DNA of 64,000 nt from Lingula anatina (lineage: Eukaryota > Animalia > Brachiopoda): positions 44,522,401 through 44,586,400 of the forward strand of contig CM120641.1 of the NCBI GenBank assembly GCA_051362555.1, written 5' to 3'. The position numbers and the translations under genes were made by a program. Positions 37,412 to 49,795 of the stretch are shown one piece after another (the stretch's first letter is position 1; every line of letters begins with the position of its first letter). Below the pieces are notes generated by a model that was not told the origin of the DNA, ran no database searches, and worked only from the letters and a program-made list of their open reading frames with translations.

Positions 37412-37935
37412 CAGAACTGAAGACTTTACTATTCCTCCCAGCAGCCACCTGTAAGGAGAATTAGGGATGTTAACATTTACATGTGTGTTTTACCTATATT
37501 TAACTAAAAAGCACACAGTCTCTCTCTCTCTCTCTGCATATGTATGTGAGGGTGAACAGGCATGTGACTTTGTGTAATACATGATGCATTTTACATCAAA
37601 ATAGAGCATTTTTTATTGTTTTGCTGATTACAATATAAAAATTTTAATTCAACCACATGATACATTATCTTATTTATTTATGACAGCTTTTCCAATACCC
37701 CTCATCAAATGAAACATTAAGTGCAATAAATGAGTGAAATAAAAAGCATCTCTAGATAACATTCAGTACGTTTAAATAGAACCTTTATTAAGTACTAAAG
37801 ATCTTTAAAAAAGTGTAGACAGAAAGGCAGCAAAGCTCCATAAAATTATTCAGACAAAGCACGAAATCTCCAATCTGATTTTAACATTCCAGGTACATTA
37901 CAGTGTAATCAACAAAGTAAGCTACTAGTATTCCC

Positions 37936-37949
37936 ATCACCATGGCAAC
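37936..37949. promoter_or_regulatory. Candidate RFX X-box
   Basis: ATCACCATGGCAAC vs consensus GTTRCCATGGYAAC (2 mismatches), ~0.5 kb upstream of the first coding exon of the CFAP97-annexin gene. Confidence 0.45.
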
Positions 37950-40662
37950 AAGGCCTTCGCTTCATTACCACTACCTTTCTCCCAGACTTGGGGTAGAGAG
38001 GCGGGGAATGAAGGGTAAATGACACCCTGACTTTGTGACAATATATTTCAACTAAAAAAATCCTAATACATCAAATCTAAAAATTTCAGTTTAAACTCGT
38101 ATTTCTTTAAGTGATAATTGAACATCAACTTATATTTTAAAATCTATTTGGATTTTAAATTTCTGAACATTACCATATGGTGATTTTGATAAAATTCTCC
38201 TATTCACTGAAATCAAACTGAAATTCCAAAAGTGAATGTATCAACCCCTCACCTCCCTCACCATCATGACACAGAATCGTGTTGAGTAATCTCATAAGCT
38301 TCAGAATGTCACATTACTCTGATTAATGAAAACAGTTTGTGACTTAATGGTGGATACCACACTGGCTCCATATCCAATAACCCATCACATTTTTCAATTA
38401 CACACAGTATTCACGGTCACAAATATCAAATTTGGCATGAATCTGGGGCTGCTTTCACAAAGAAAGTTAAGACCAAAATTTAGCTCTTCCTCAATTCAGG
38501 ATAAACCAACAAAGCAAACACATTCTATTTTAACATTGTAAACTGTAGTTAAACATTATTAATGGGGATATTTTTGTATGATATTATGCATACCATTATT
38601 TAAGCACTTGTGAATAAAGTAGCTACATCATTTGACAGGACAGTGTACATAAAAAATTCAACATCCTCATGAAAAAAGTGGAAAACTAATAAATCTGTTG
38701 ACTGGGTCAAACAAAATTCTCATGCAACAAAAAGGCAATATTTGTAACAATAGTCTATAATATGCAATACTAATTATTGCCCACTTCGTTATATATACTT
38801 GTATTTTGTATTTCTTTGATATTTCAAAATGAAGAAAGAACAAACATGTTAATTTTGAAAAAATATATACACTTCCTTTTGGAAAAAAGTGTTTTGTTTG
38901 ATATTGCATTGAATTTAAAATATAATGTTAACAAAATCTAGCAATTTAATAGAAGAAAAAAAAAAGATACAACTGAAAAATGTTCTTTTGTGTATTTGTG
39001 AATAGCCTACAATATGCATTGGCCCAATAAGTAAAACTTGACAAAACAGACACCAAATGAATGTCAAATGAACCTTAATTAGGCTTACCATGATCCTCTA
39101 ATTATTTTCAGTTGCAATTAGATTAATTGGCTTTCGATTATGTCAATTTTATCTCTTTAAATAGGCCTCTGGCCATAAATCACAAGTGACAATAATTTAC
39201 GATACATCATGATAATATGTGCGATAGCAACAAATGATTATAGGTATATAAATAAAATTAATTGGCTACAATTAAAGTTTCTAGGAACTTTCTAAAAAGT
39301 AAATGCGCATACCATTACTTAACGTCTGAAACGCCCCAAAAGTCCAAAAACTTACCAGTTAAATTTTTTGTTAAATCCAAAGAACGGTAATGGACAGAGC
39401 TGACCGTTTCCTGCTATGCTATAGCTTAATACTGATACAGTTTACTTTATTCAGGCATTTGAATAGCCACCGGCTTGTTAAAATAATATTTGACTGCCTA
39501 GTTACCGACCACGCACATGTTTACGAAGTACCAAACTAGACCCAACTTGACCAATACATTAATTTTGTGCAAGAAAAGTTAGCTTACCAGCCTTTTAGCT
39601 GCCTTTTGAACTTAGGTATCCGCTCATTATCGCAATTACGGTAGGCAACGACGAACAAAGTTTTCTATTGATCTTGGATAACTTTTCCCTAAACACTGAC
39701 GTCAGATATATCTAAAATAAGGAATGTAATAAAATTTAAATGAATTTACTTTATAATATGTTGATCGAGGTATGTATTTATTATGTTTTTTTGCCAAAAA
39801 TATTTTTTGATGACAGCAAATCTGAATTTAATGTTTGTTTTAATTTTTTCATTTGTGCGGTGCTGGTACCATCTTACGGTGAATTCTTTAATTTGCCATA
39901 GAAACTCTTCTGCTTTAAAAGAGCCAAAAGGTACCCCCTGCTGTCTGCTAAACAAATCACATCCAGAAATTATGCTTAATTTCCAGGACCACGTCATCAT
40001 ACAACAGTATTGAATTTTGAAGTCAGTTCTCCCATCTTCTTTTGGTCGTATAACATCCAGGTGAGGTTAAAGTTAAGCAAAAACAGCGTTAAAATCACAC
40101 GACTCTTAGGTGACCTCATTTTTTGCATGCGTGACCTCGATATCTTTTGAAGCGTGTGCCGCTTTCTTATCACTCTCTCAAATCAAATATGCAAGTCACC
40201 TGTCACAAGTGGCTGAAATTGCAGCGATGAAGCGGCTGATTAGGATTTCTTAGAGCGCTTTCAACACTTATAATTGTTCTTAAGTAGAGATGCTTCTTTA
40301 AATGGATGTAAACGTGTATAGCAGGAGAAAGGATCGGGATTCGGAGGAGGAAGACGACCTGGACACAGTAAGCGGAACAGTATTTTATGATAAATAATAG
40401 TATAACCAAACAGTTCTACTAATGTATTTTTCTTTAACGACGTAGGCAAGTGCTGTTTGACATGCCACAAGAGAGATCGGTCACCTAAAACATCGGAGTA
40501 ATTCCAATGTATGTACTAAGTGTACAGACTGCAGTACAGTGTACTGTACTGTGCACGCAAGGGCCTGCCGTCACCAGTTTCGACAATGAGAATACTAGTA
40601 TGCGCAAAACCAATGACATAATTTGATTTTATTTAATACATTTTCAGAGGACCAGTGAGAGA

Positions 40663-43600
40663 ATGAAGTCCCGATCTTTCCTGCCTCGTTATGTAAGTAT
40701 TCAGGTAGTTCATATTTATTTATCATTCTTTGCTTTCGGCTTCATATCATGCCAGACATTCCAATATTACAGTGTAAGGGTAGTACATGTACATTGCTGA
40801 GAGCCATGTGCTATACCAATATAATAAAAATATTTCACAGTAGCTTGCCCTACAGCTATCCTAGCTCCCATCTGTATGACCTACATGCATACACCCAGAG
40901 CAGATTTTGAGTCCTGATATCACACCAGAAATCATATCAGTCCATAAAAATTTTGTGTTAAATATGTCACCAAAAATCGCAATACCTACATGTAAATAAT
41001 TTACTTAAAAACATGCTATGGCTTATGTAATTATCTGTGAATTAGTGCATGGTTGTTATAAGCACATCTATGGGGTATTCAAGTACTTACTGTCATGGCT
41101 AATGACCTCTTCTTTTGAAGATACAGACTCTTTGACTAAGAAATTATGTATCTTTTTTCTAGTGAGGCGGCCCAAATTGGCCCTCAGGTCTAAAATCTAG
41201 TAAAAAAAAAATGTCAATTTTATTGAATGCTGAGGCCAATGAAGCTGTTGGATAAATTGTAAGCTTTTTCAAAAAAGGGAAATATTATTTCATGCTCCAA
41301 AGATATATATGCACTTTTGCCTAAGAAATGTCAGTGAAAAATCTTAAGTTAATTCAACAACTTACTACTAGCAAAAGCTTTTCACATTTATTTGCGGAAT
41401 GACTCATTTATCAGAGCTGATCTATATACAGATAAAATACTTATCTTGGTATGTTTCATAATTTTTTTTTTTTTCGGTTACAATTTTGATCAAAGAGTAA
41501 AAATTATTGTCAAAAAAAAAAGCATTCTTGGTGAAAAATAATCCTTGCCTATTCATGTTCACTGTACATAATCTGTTAAAGTACTTGACATTTATAACAG
41601 ACTGGTGTTAATGCCAAAAACACTTAAAGAATACTTAAAAGTCATAAAGATTTCAATTAATGTCAATTCTAGTAATTTATGAAAAATTCTTGGCATAAAT
41701 GTCTTGAGGATAAACTGTTTACTTCTCATAAAGTTTCACTTAACAAATTCCTTTGACGTTAATACAGATACTATACACTATGTGTATCTCATTAAATTCA
41801 GTTAACTTTATTTTTCAAGCATATTTTTGTAAAGGGAGGCAGTACATGCTGAAAAATCAAAACTCAGGATGAGTTTAGATAAAAGGGATAACTACAGATT
41901 TTCATTTTCAGTTTTTTATGTATGCATTTATGATAGTTATCTTTTATTGTAGAGTGCAGATGTTCTCCACCGTCTACAAAGCAAGGGTAAAGGTGGCAAC
42001 ACTATGCTGTACATGGTGGCAGGGATATTTGCCTTTGGGATATTCCTCACAGTGGTCAACATATATGAGCTGAGGAAAGTTCAGGTAGACAGTGGCCCTG
42101 GAGAGAAGAGTGGCAGGAGAAAGCAGCATGTGGTCTGTGTATGGGGGAAGAATGTAAGTAGGAGTATTTTCATCAGATACTGTGATTGGAATTGTGGTGT
42201 TTGGTCTGCATTTGGAGTGGGGGCAGGAGGGGAGCTCAGGTGGGATTGTTGTTATAGTGTCAGCCTGGGGGAAGGGGATGACCTGGGTTTGGCTCTGTCC
42301 AAGATATTGTTCCTATGGTGTAGAGGGGAGTAAAGATTATGGTAGTGCTGGTTATTGAGAATGGTGCCACTTAAATGTATGCCAGTAATAGGTTGTATGC
42401 ACATCAGGGAGGTTAATCATATCTGGAACCTTATATTCAGAGCCTTAGAGACTAAGTATAAATTCTAAACCAGACAAAAATTATTTATTGAGAATATAAC
42501 ATCAACCTTTTCCTGTCATCCTCACATACTGTTTTATTTTCTCTTGTATGGTTTTTCTTTAGCTCCGACCATTGACAGTAAAGGTTAGGAATAGTTGTCA
42601 AGATATACACATCTTTTTAAAAAAATTATGTGTGGACATACAGTGCCTGTTCAATAGATGGTTACTATGACATTGCTCTATGTGGAAAGAGCAACACTGT
42701 CAGAGTAACCATCTATCAACAGACAATATTAGAGGTTCAGAAAGGTTTTGTTATATGTTATTTTTAGATATTCATCAACTCCTTATTGACATACATTAAT
42801 TGACATTTATATAATTGAATTTTTAATTTGATAACAGAATATCATTTTACAATTAAATAATTGATATGGCATTGCTTTTATCATTTTGTTTATTTATTCA
42901 CCAAGTGTTTAAAAAGTTTGATTTTTAGAAATTTGATGTTAACGTTTTGAATTAGTTTTTACTCAGCTTAAATTTGAATTAATCTGACGTCTGTCATGAA
43001 GCTCTGCCAATGGAAGTGAATCAAGATTTGAAGTAGAAATGTTATCAGTTGTGGAACACAAGATGAAATGATATTTATAAGTTTTGATTTGATATCTTGA
43101 CAGAATATTTGATTATTAGATATTATATGCTTGAAAAGTATTTAGCATTGTCATACACCTAAAAACATAATGCAAATTTCTTAAAATCTTTGGTCCAAGT
43201 AACTGAAAGTAATTGACCTTTATTATTTTATTAAGGAATAAATGAATCATGCATATTCTAGAATAAGAACAAAAGGAAAAATCTGTTGTTAGTTAGGGCT
43301 CTTTTACAGCATGATATGTCTAGAGAATTTCAGCTGAGTTTGCTTTTCATTTTTGTAAATGGTGTAGGTTTATATGCACAATTATCTGATTAGTATTTTT
43401 ATTCTTTCAGCAAAAGACTGGCTACTTAAAGCATGTGTACAATGTGTTTGAACGCATCGGTTACTCCATAGGAACAGACAGAAATGTCTGGGATGTGCTC
43501 TGGTCACATGACTATCCTTTTAAAGAATTTGAATCCCAAATCAAGAATCTCCAGCCACACCAGAAGGTATAAAATAAATTTTATGTTATGTTTTTAAAGC

Positions 43601-43832
43601 TCAAAGGTTTGGAAGATGTATTAGTGGAACTTGTTTTGTAAGTGTTGTAACTTGACCATCATATCCAAAATGGTTTTATTTAATAAAAGTTGCATCCTTT
43701 TTACTTTTTAACATCTCTTGACAAGCAAAAAGAGACAGCATGATAGAAAAGATGAAATACACTATTTTACATTCATAATTAAGTTTACATAATTTTATTT
43801 GTAACATTTTATTTATTTATATTTTATCTATT

Positions 43833-43875
<43 letters not shown>

Positions 43876-46800
43876 TTTTTGCAGGTGAATCACTTCCCAG
43901 GCACTGGGTATATCACAAACAAGGTGAACCTTGCTACCTCAGACATCTGGTTTATTCCCAAAGCCTTCAAAATGCCCCAGGACAAGCCTCTGCTGCTAAA
44001 ATATGTAAGTATAATACAGTGAAACTAGAAATTCATAATGGCTCTGTACTATATTCTGTCCATAATTCTTTCATGAGATGAACAAAAAATACACATTTTT
44101 AAGGAAGTGAAAAGGAAAATGCAGTAGCCTTATAACACTAGTCTAAGGGTGCATTCCCAGAGATTTAGATCGATCCAGGGATTAAGATTAAGATTGACCT
44201 AACTCCCTGGGGGTTCAAGCTAAATTGCAGTCAGCCGAGCGCGCACCATGGTTAATTACCCCCTTATAGCTTTCAGTAGGCGGGACAGATGCTTAAGCCG
44301 GCTAAGCTGACAGTAATCTAGTGAGACTCCCCACAGGGATAGATCGATCTAAAATCTATGGAAATGGGGTGTAAGAACAAAAATGATGCTGTGATATTGT
44401 TCATTAGAAGGTTTCATTAAAGAGTTCCATTATGTGTGTTAGTCACCTGGTTACTATAAAAGCTTCAATCTATAGAAAGAAATAAAAAAAAATATTGCAC
44501 AAAAATGTCATTGTCTTTTGGTTCATCTTCAGTAGATGGTCACAGCAATTACGGAGAACAGTAACTGGAGTTTTAGCTGTTGCTTGAACGAACTAACATA
44601 GTAACATTCTAAATGATGAAAATGCCACACTTACAGATAAGTGCAGATAAAAGAAGGGATGTTATATACATATATTTTTTAATATTTGGAAATTTTATTT
44701 GTTATCAATGCCAGTGATAAACAAGTTGTTGGTTGATTTCAGAGTGGAGAGCATCCACAAAAAATGTGGGTCCAGAAAAGTAACAATCACAGAGGAATCA
44801 AAATTAAGAAGATATCAGGTATTATTTGTCTTTACTTTGTAATTTATTTTCAGTACATGAATAATAATAATAGTAAGAGTAGTAGCTTGCTTATAAGTGA
44901 AATTTGCATTCTCCTGCAAGCATTTTTATTTTAAATTCAGGAAGTAGATACATACCTGTTTGTACTAATATTGGTTACAGTACCAACTGTTGGTTGTTGG
45001 TCCATTATTTAAATGTCTTTTTCAATAATGCTGAGTGTAACTGTACATTGTAGGTTGCAGTTTTCATTAAAATGTCAATTACATTTAGTAAGTAAAGCCC
45101 ATAGTCTCTAGAATGCATAATGATGCATACATTGTATATTATTATGCTTTTTTATATATCTCTTAATTATTTATCTCTTTATTTTGTTGCAGAGTAACAT
45201 TAAAAACAGAGATACATGGATGCACCACTGTAATTTTTTTGACTGTTGGTTATTGTAAATGTAACAGCAGTTATGTTTGTGTGATGGCAAATCTTGATTA
45301 CAATTTCAGACCTAGACTTGTCATCAGGTGGGACTTTTGTCCAGGAGTTTGTTGATAAGCCATTTCTCATTGATAGAAGGTTAGTTTGAGATTAAAGATA
45401 GGAAAGTTGCATAGAAAACTTCGGAACAATAGTAACAACTTTTGGAATGAGGATGTTGTAGGGTTTATTAAATAGTAACATATTGATTTATTAAGGTTGA
45501 TTTTCAATTTTATTCTGTGGATGTGATTGTTTTTTCTGTACTCTCCCCATGTGTAGAAAGTATATATATTTCATAGATGCATGACTTCATGCCACATTAC
45601 AAAGACACTTATGCCAAGTAATTTTGATTAAATTTTGAGTTCCAGCAGTGTATGAAACTGTCTGTATTCCACTGCAGTAAACCAGATTTCTCGATCAGTT
45701 AAAAAAAAAACTGTTAATGCTATGTTGGTCTTAAATGTTAGACTGGAAGTAATAGTTTAATTCAAGTCAAGATAAATATGTATTGTCCAATACAAAATTC
45801 AGACCAGCTTTCCATATTTATTTCCTAACAGGAAGTTTGACATTGGCATCTATACCACACTTACCTCCATAGACCCTCTCAGAGTGTACATTCTGGACAG
45901 TGAAGTGCTTATAAGGTGACATTAAATGTTTTATACACATATTACTATATACCATCAGCACTATCAACAATCTTCATAATAGACTGTCATATTTAGTTGT
46001 GCATCCTTTGGTTAAGTAAGATCACAATCAGCTTGAATTATACTCTCTGGTAAAGTATGTTTATATCTCCAGCTACTGGAAAAAATATTACAATTCTAAT
46101 GGAATTACACAATTGATAAAAACTTCAAAAGAATATGAATATTCTTATATTTGGTCATGGTAAGACAAAGTTCAGAATAAAAAATCATTGTTTATTATTT
46201 AAGGCATATTTCTCCGTTTCTCAGGTTCTGTCCCCAGGATTATTATCCCTTTGACCCTGAGAATGTAGACAAATACGTGGTGGGAGATGACTACACCCCC
46301 ACCTGGCAGGTAGGAGTGCTGGAAATAACTGATGTTGCTTGTTTGAAGTGGAACATTCCTCTGTATAATTTAATCTTATATAATTTATGCCCATTTTGTT
46401 GAATTTGAAATTTATCTTTACAATGTATGTTCATTTTCATTAGTCTTCTTCTTATAACTATTTGTTTCACTGTGCAAATTTGGGGTCACAATTTTTTTTT
46501 GTGCTAGAGATGGATTAATGAATAGATTAATTAGCTCTGATTTCACAGCCCCTATTCCAAGCACAGTATGGTAAACTGTAGCTTGACCCCTGTGGTCACA
46601 GTTTGACAAATTACTTCCATAATTGTGTGGTACAAACTTCAGAAGACTTTGATAATCTTATTCTTTTATCACTTTCAGATGCCAAGTTTGAAGAATATCT
46701 ATGAGCAGAATGCTCACACTCACAAAGAAACAATAAGCACATACCTAAGACAGCATGGTAATTTATTTAATTTAATTTAATGATATGATATTGATTTGTG

Positions 46801-49477
46801 TGATAAATCCCTTTAAATGTTTGCAAGTTATTATACATTGTAATTCATGAATTTGAGCCAGCTTTAAGAATATATTAATGTCCACTTATAAAGGAAAAAA
46901 GTTTTTATTTTGTTAAAAGTCATGAAAACAACACCATTTACAGTAATACTGCAGTTTTGATGCACTGCATCATATACTGCTGACATTTGGTTGTATGTTT
47001 AGAATATATCTGAAATTACAGCATGATCAATTGGTAATTAAATGTATTATATCATCATCTGAGTATTTTTGCTTTTTCTACTGTGGCACAGGGCGCAATG
47101 ATACCAAATTGTGGGATGATATAAGGCAAGCCATCATGGAGGTATACATATCAAAGGAACCTAATCTCATTGGAGCAGCTAAGTCATACAAGTCAACAAG
47201 GTGAGTTTACAAAAAAACTTTTTTATTGTTTGAAAGTAAGATTTGTATTACAGGTTTTATTTGGAGATCTTTTGGTGATACATTTTGCTCAAAAATAATT
47301 GTACATAAATTGCTCTTTTTTTCTTTCAGAAATTTCTTTGAAATGGTTAGATTTGACTTTGTGGTGGATGAAGATTTGCATATATATTTAATGGAGGTAA
47401 TTATTTATTTGAAATGTTTAGACCTTTTTTTTTTTTTTGAAAGTTTTGTCTTTATTTTTAGCGTCCTAATTTAATTTGAAAGATGTTTTTTTTTACTATT
47501 CCCTCTTGATGTGGACATTATTGCAGACATCTAAAATTGCTTTGTAAGCCAAAACACTAATACAAATTATCAACATCTGCTGATAGAGAACAGTCAAATC
47601 TTTTTGTGCAGTCTGTGGCATTAGTTACCAGTGAAAGGGAACCCAACTTGCCAGTGATCTAACAAATATATTTTAGAGGGACTAGTCAGACCAAACTAGT
47701 GTAAATGTCATTATAGATTATGTACTTATCATCATCAAATCTATGGATGTCATCTTTGGGCTTGTAAGTTTCTTTATCTTCTATTACAAGTTACCTGTGA
47801 ACTAAAATGTTTCTTGCACAGCATGTATATGTTTATTATTTAGATTGTATTTTATTTCTTAATTGATCTGTTTTCAGGTGAACATGTCTCCCAACTTGTC
47901 TTCGGGTCATTTCTCCCAGAATAAACTACTTTATGAGCAGGTGGTGTTTAATTTGCTAAGTCTTGTGGGTGTGGCTAGGGGAGTCACCAATAGCATCTAC
48001 CAGAGGTAAGAGAAAAACTTATTAGAAAACCTATTAAGATTGTTAGACATCCTGTTGAAATGATATTTTTTGCTTTTTTCTTTAACTGGGAATATTTTAT
48101 CTATCAGTGACTTGGAGAATTATTATGATGAGGATGCAGCATTGTCTTTGTTAAACTTTCAAAATCTATTTGATATTAAGAAAAATATACATATATCAAT
48201 TTTTATTACTATTATTATTAATTTTTTGTTTTGTTTATTATTCAGCTATACTGATGAGATCAACATGCAGGTGTCATCCAAAGATGTCCAAGTGTTCACA
48301 GAGACCTGTTTGTCTCCTAAGTGCCAGAGAAGTTGTGAGGACATGGTATGTCATGTATCAGGTCTTTTGAAAAATTATAATAATGTATTCTTTTGTATAT
48401 AATGGCATACTGAATTATTGAGTTATAGAAATAAAATTCTCTCTCAGGGTTGTACAGACACTGATAAATCTTTTGGCAGGACATCTGTGGGAGACAGGTT
48501 GACACTGCCATTATATGTAGTGGGGTTTTAAGTTGATTTTGAACTTGAATTGAGGACCATTTTGATCCAAAAGTGGAATAAAAGTAAGTTGTCATTAGAC
48601 AATCCATTCACTTTCCACAGAAAATTATGTGCATACACAGTTAACTCATTTCTGCTGGTCATAGGTTTGTGCCTTTTTCTGGTAATGCACGATTAACACT
48701 TTTTCTTGTGGTTTGTGATTGCGCATGCATCACTGGAAATAGGCACAAACCCATGACTGGCAGAAATTTGGTAACTGCTCTTTGTCTCATTGTCAGTGGA
48801 AAAATGAATTAGATAGTGGATTATCTTTCATGAAAGGTTGTCAATAAACATTAAAATTTATGGAAAACAAGCAAAGCTATATTTTTTTTCACATTATTAA
48901 GTTGGTCATAATCTTGCATTCTAGGAGTGTCAATTGTGTGAGAAATGCCTGACATTTGACATGAGGCTGACACTACAGTTGGCATATATGGAGCATGTAG
49001 ACAGGCGGAACTGCAGGAGGGTTTTTCCTCCTCCAATGGTAGTAAAAAAACATAATAAATACACTTTTTAGAATTGATATCAGTTTGTGGATATTCTTTA
49101 CCAGAAACATGATAACAGTGATATCAGATGTTTATAGCACTGAAAAAATTGTATTTCTTAATGTTGAACTATATTTTTGCATACCGTAACCAAATTGACA
49201 CTTTGGTATCAGATGAAACATTAAGATATAGTTTTAGATGAGTAATATCTGATTTCCCAGCTAGAATGTTATTTTATCTTTCATTTTAGTGACCATTCTT
49301 ACAAAAGTAATTTAATTATAATTTCCATTTTCTTATGTATTTCAGACACAAACTGAAGCAAAATCATGGCACGAATCAAAGGACACTTTATACATGAAAA
49401 GTCTCAATACTAAAAACAAGTTGATGCATAGATGGTTCAGGGGAAAATGCATCATGGATCCATCTTGGTGCCAATGA
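40663..49477 (+). CDS. TTLL15: Tubulin-tyrosine-ligase-like protein, TTLL15 family, ~516 aa, 15 coding exons
   Basis: Exons 40663-40692, 41953-42153, 43411-43566, 43885-44004, 44743-44818, 45310-45379, 45832-45915, 46225-46309, 46679-46757, 47092-47200, 47330-47396, 47878-48005, 48246-48345, 48925-49038, 49346-49477 (1551 nt in frame). Motifs: WDVLW, VNHFPG, WVQKSNNHRGI, VQEFVDKPFLIDRRKFDIG, FEMVRFDFVVD, LMEVNMSPNL, WFRGKC..D..WC. Confidence 0.88.
42647..42722. repeat. ~75-nt intronic hairpin
   Basis: atagatggttactatgacattgctct - 8-nt loop - agagcaacactgtcagagtaaccatctat. Confidence 0.7.
44147..44371 (+). mobile_element. MITE family B, copy in TTLL intron
   Basis: 225 bp; TAA on both sides (44144-44146, 44372-44374). 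Confidence 0.9.
48605..48809. mobile_element. Foldback/MITE-like long inverted repeat in TTLL intron
   Basis: Core arms of ~52 bp (48638-48688 vs 48726-48777) with outer arms attcactttccac / gtggaaaaatgaat. Confidence 0.65.
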
Positions 49478-49489
49478 GGAAGATAGCTC

Positions 49490-49795
49490 AGGGGCCTGAT
49501 TTGTAAAACAGCTTAAGTCAGTCTTTGCCAAGATTGCTTAGAATATTAGATGACTAAGTTGCATTTTGCAGAGAATTTAGTACAAGGCTGCTCACCTTTT
49601 TTAGCCTTTTTCTTGGTCTTCACCACAAGAGCAAATTGTGATTGTCTTGGCAGTTATTAGTATTCTTAGTAAAACTCATTTATTTTGAGTCAGTTTTTGT
49701 ATAATGTACTTGTCTGTAAAGTCAGTTTTATGAAGTGAGTTGTCTGATTGTCTAAGCTATGGCAAAACTTAGATTGTTTTGTGAAACTGGTCCCA
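49490..49795. mobile_element. Degenerate MITE at the start of the TTLL 3' UTR
   Basis: Imperfect TIRs ggggcctgatttgtaaaacagcttaagt..tttgcca and tggcaaaacttagattgttttgtgaaactggtccca. Confidence 0.5.
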
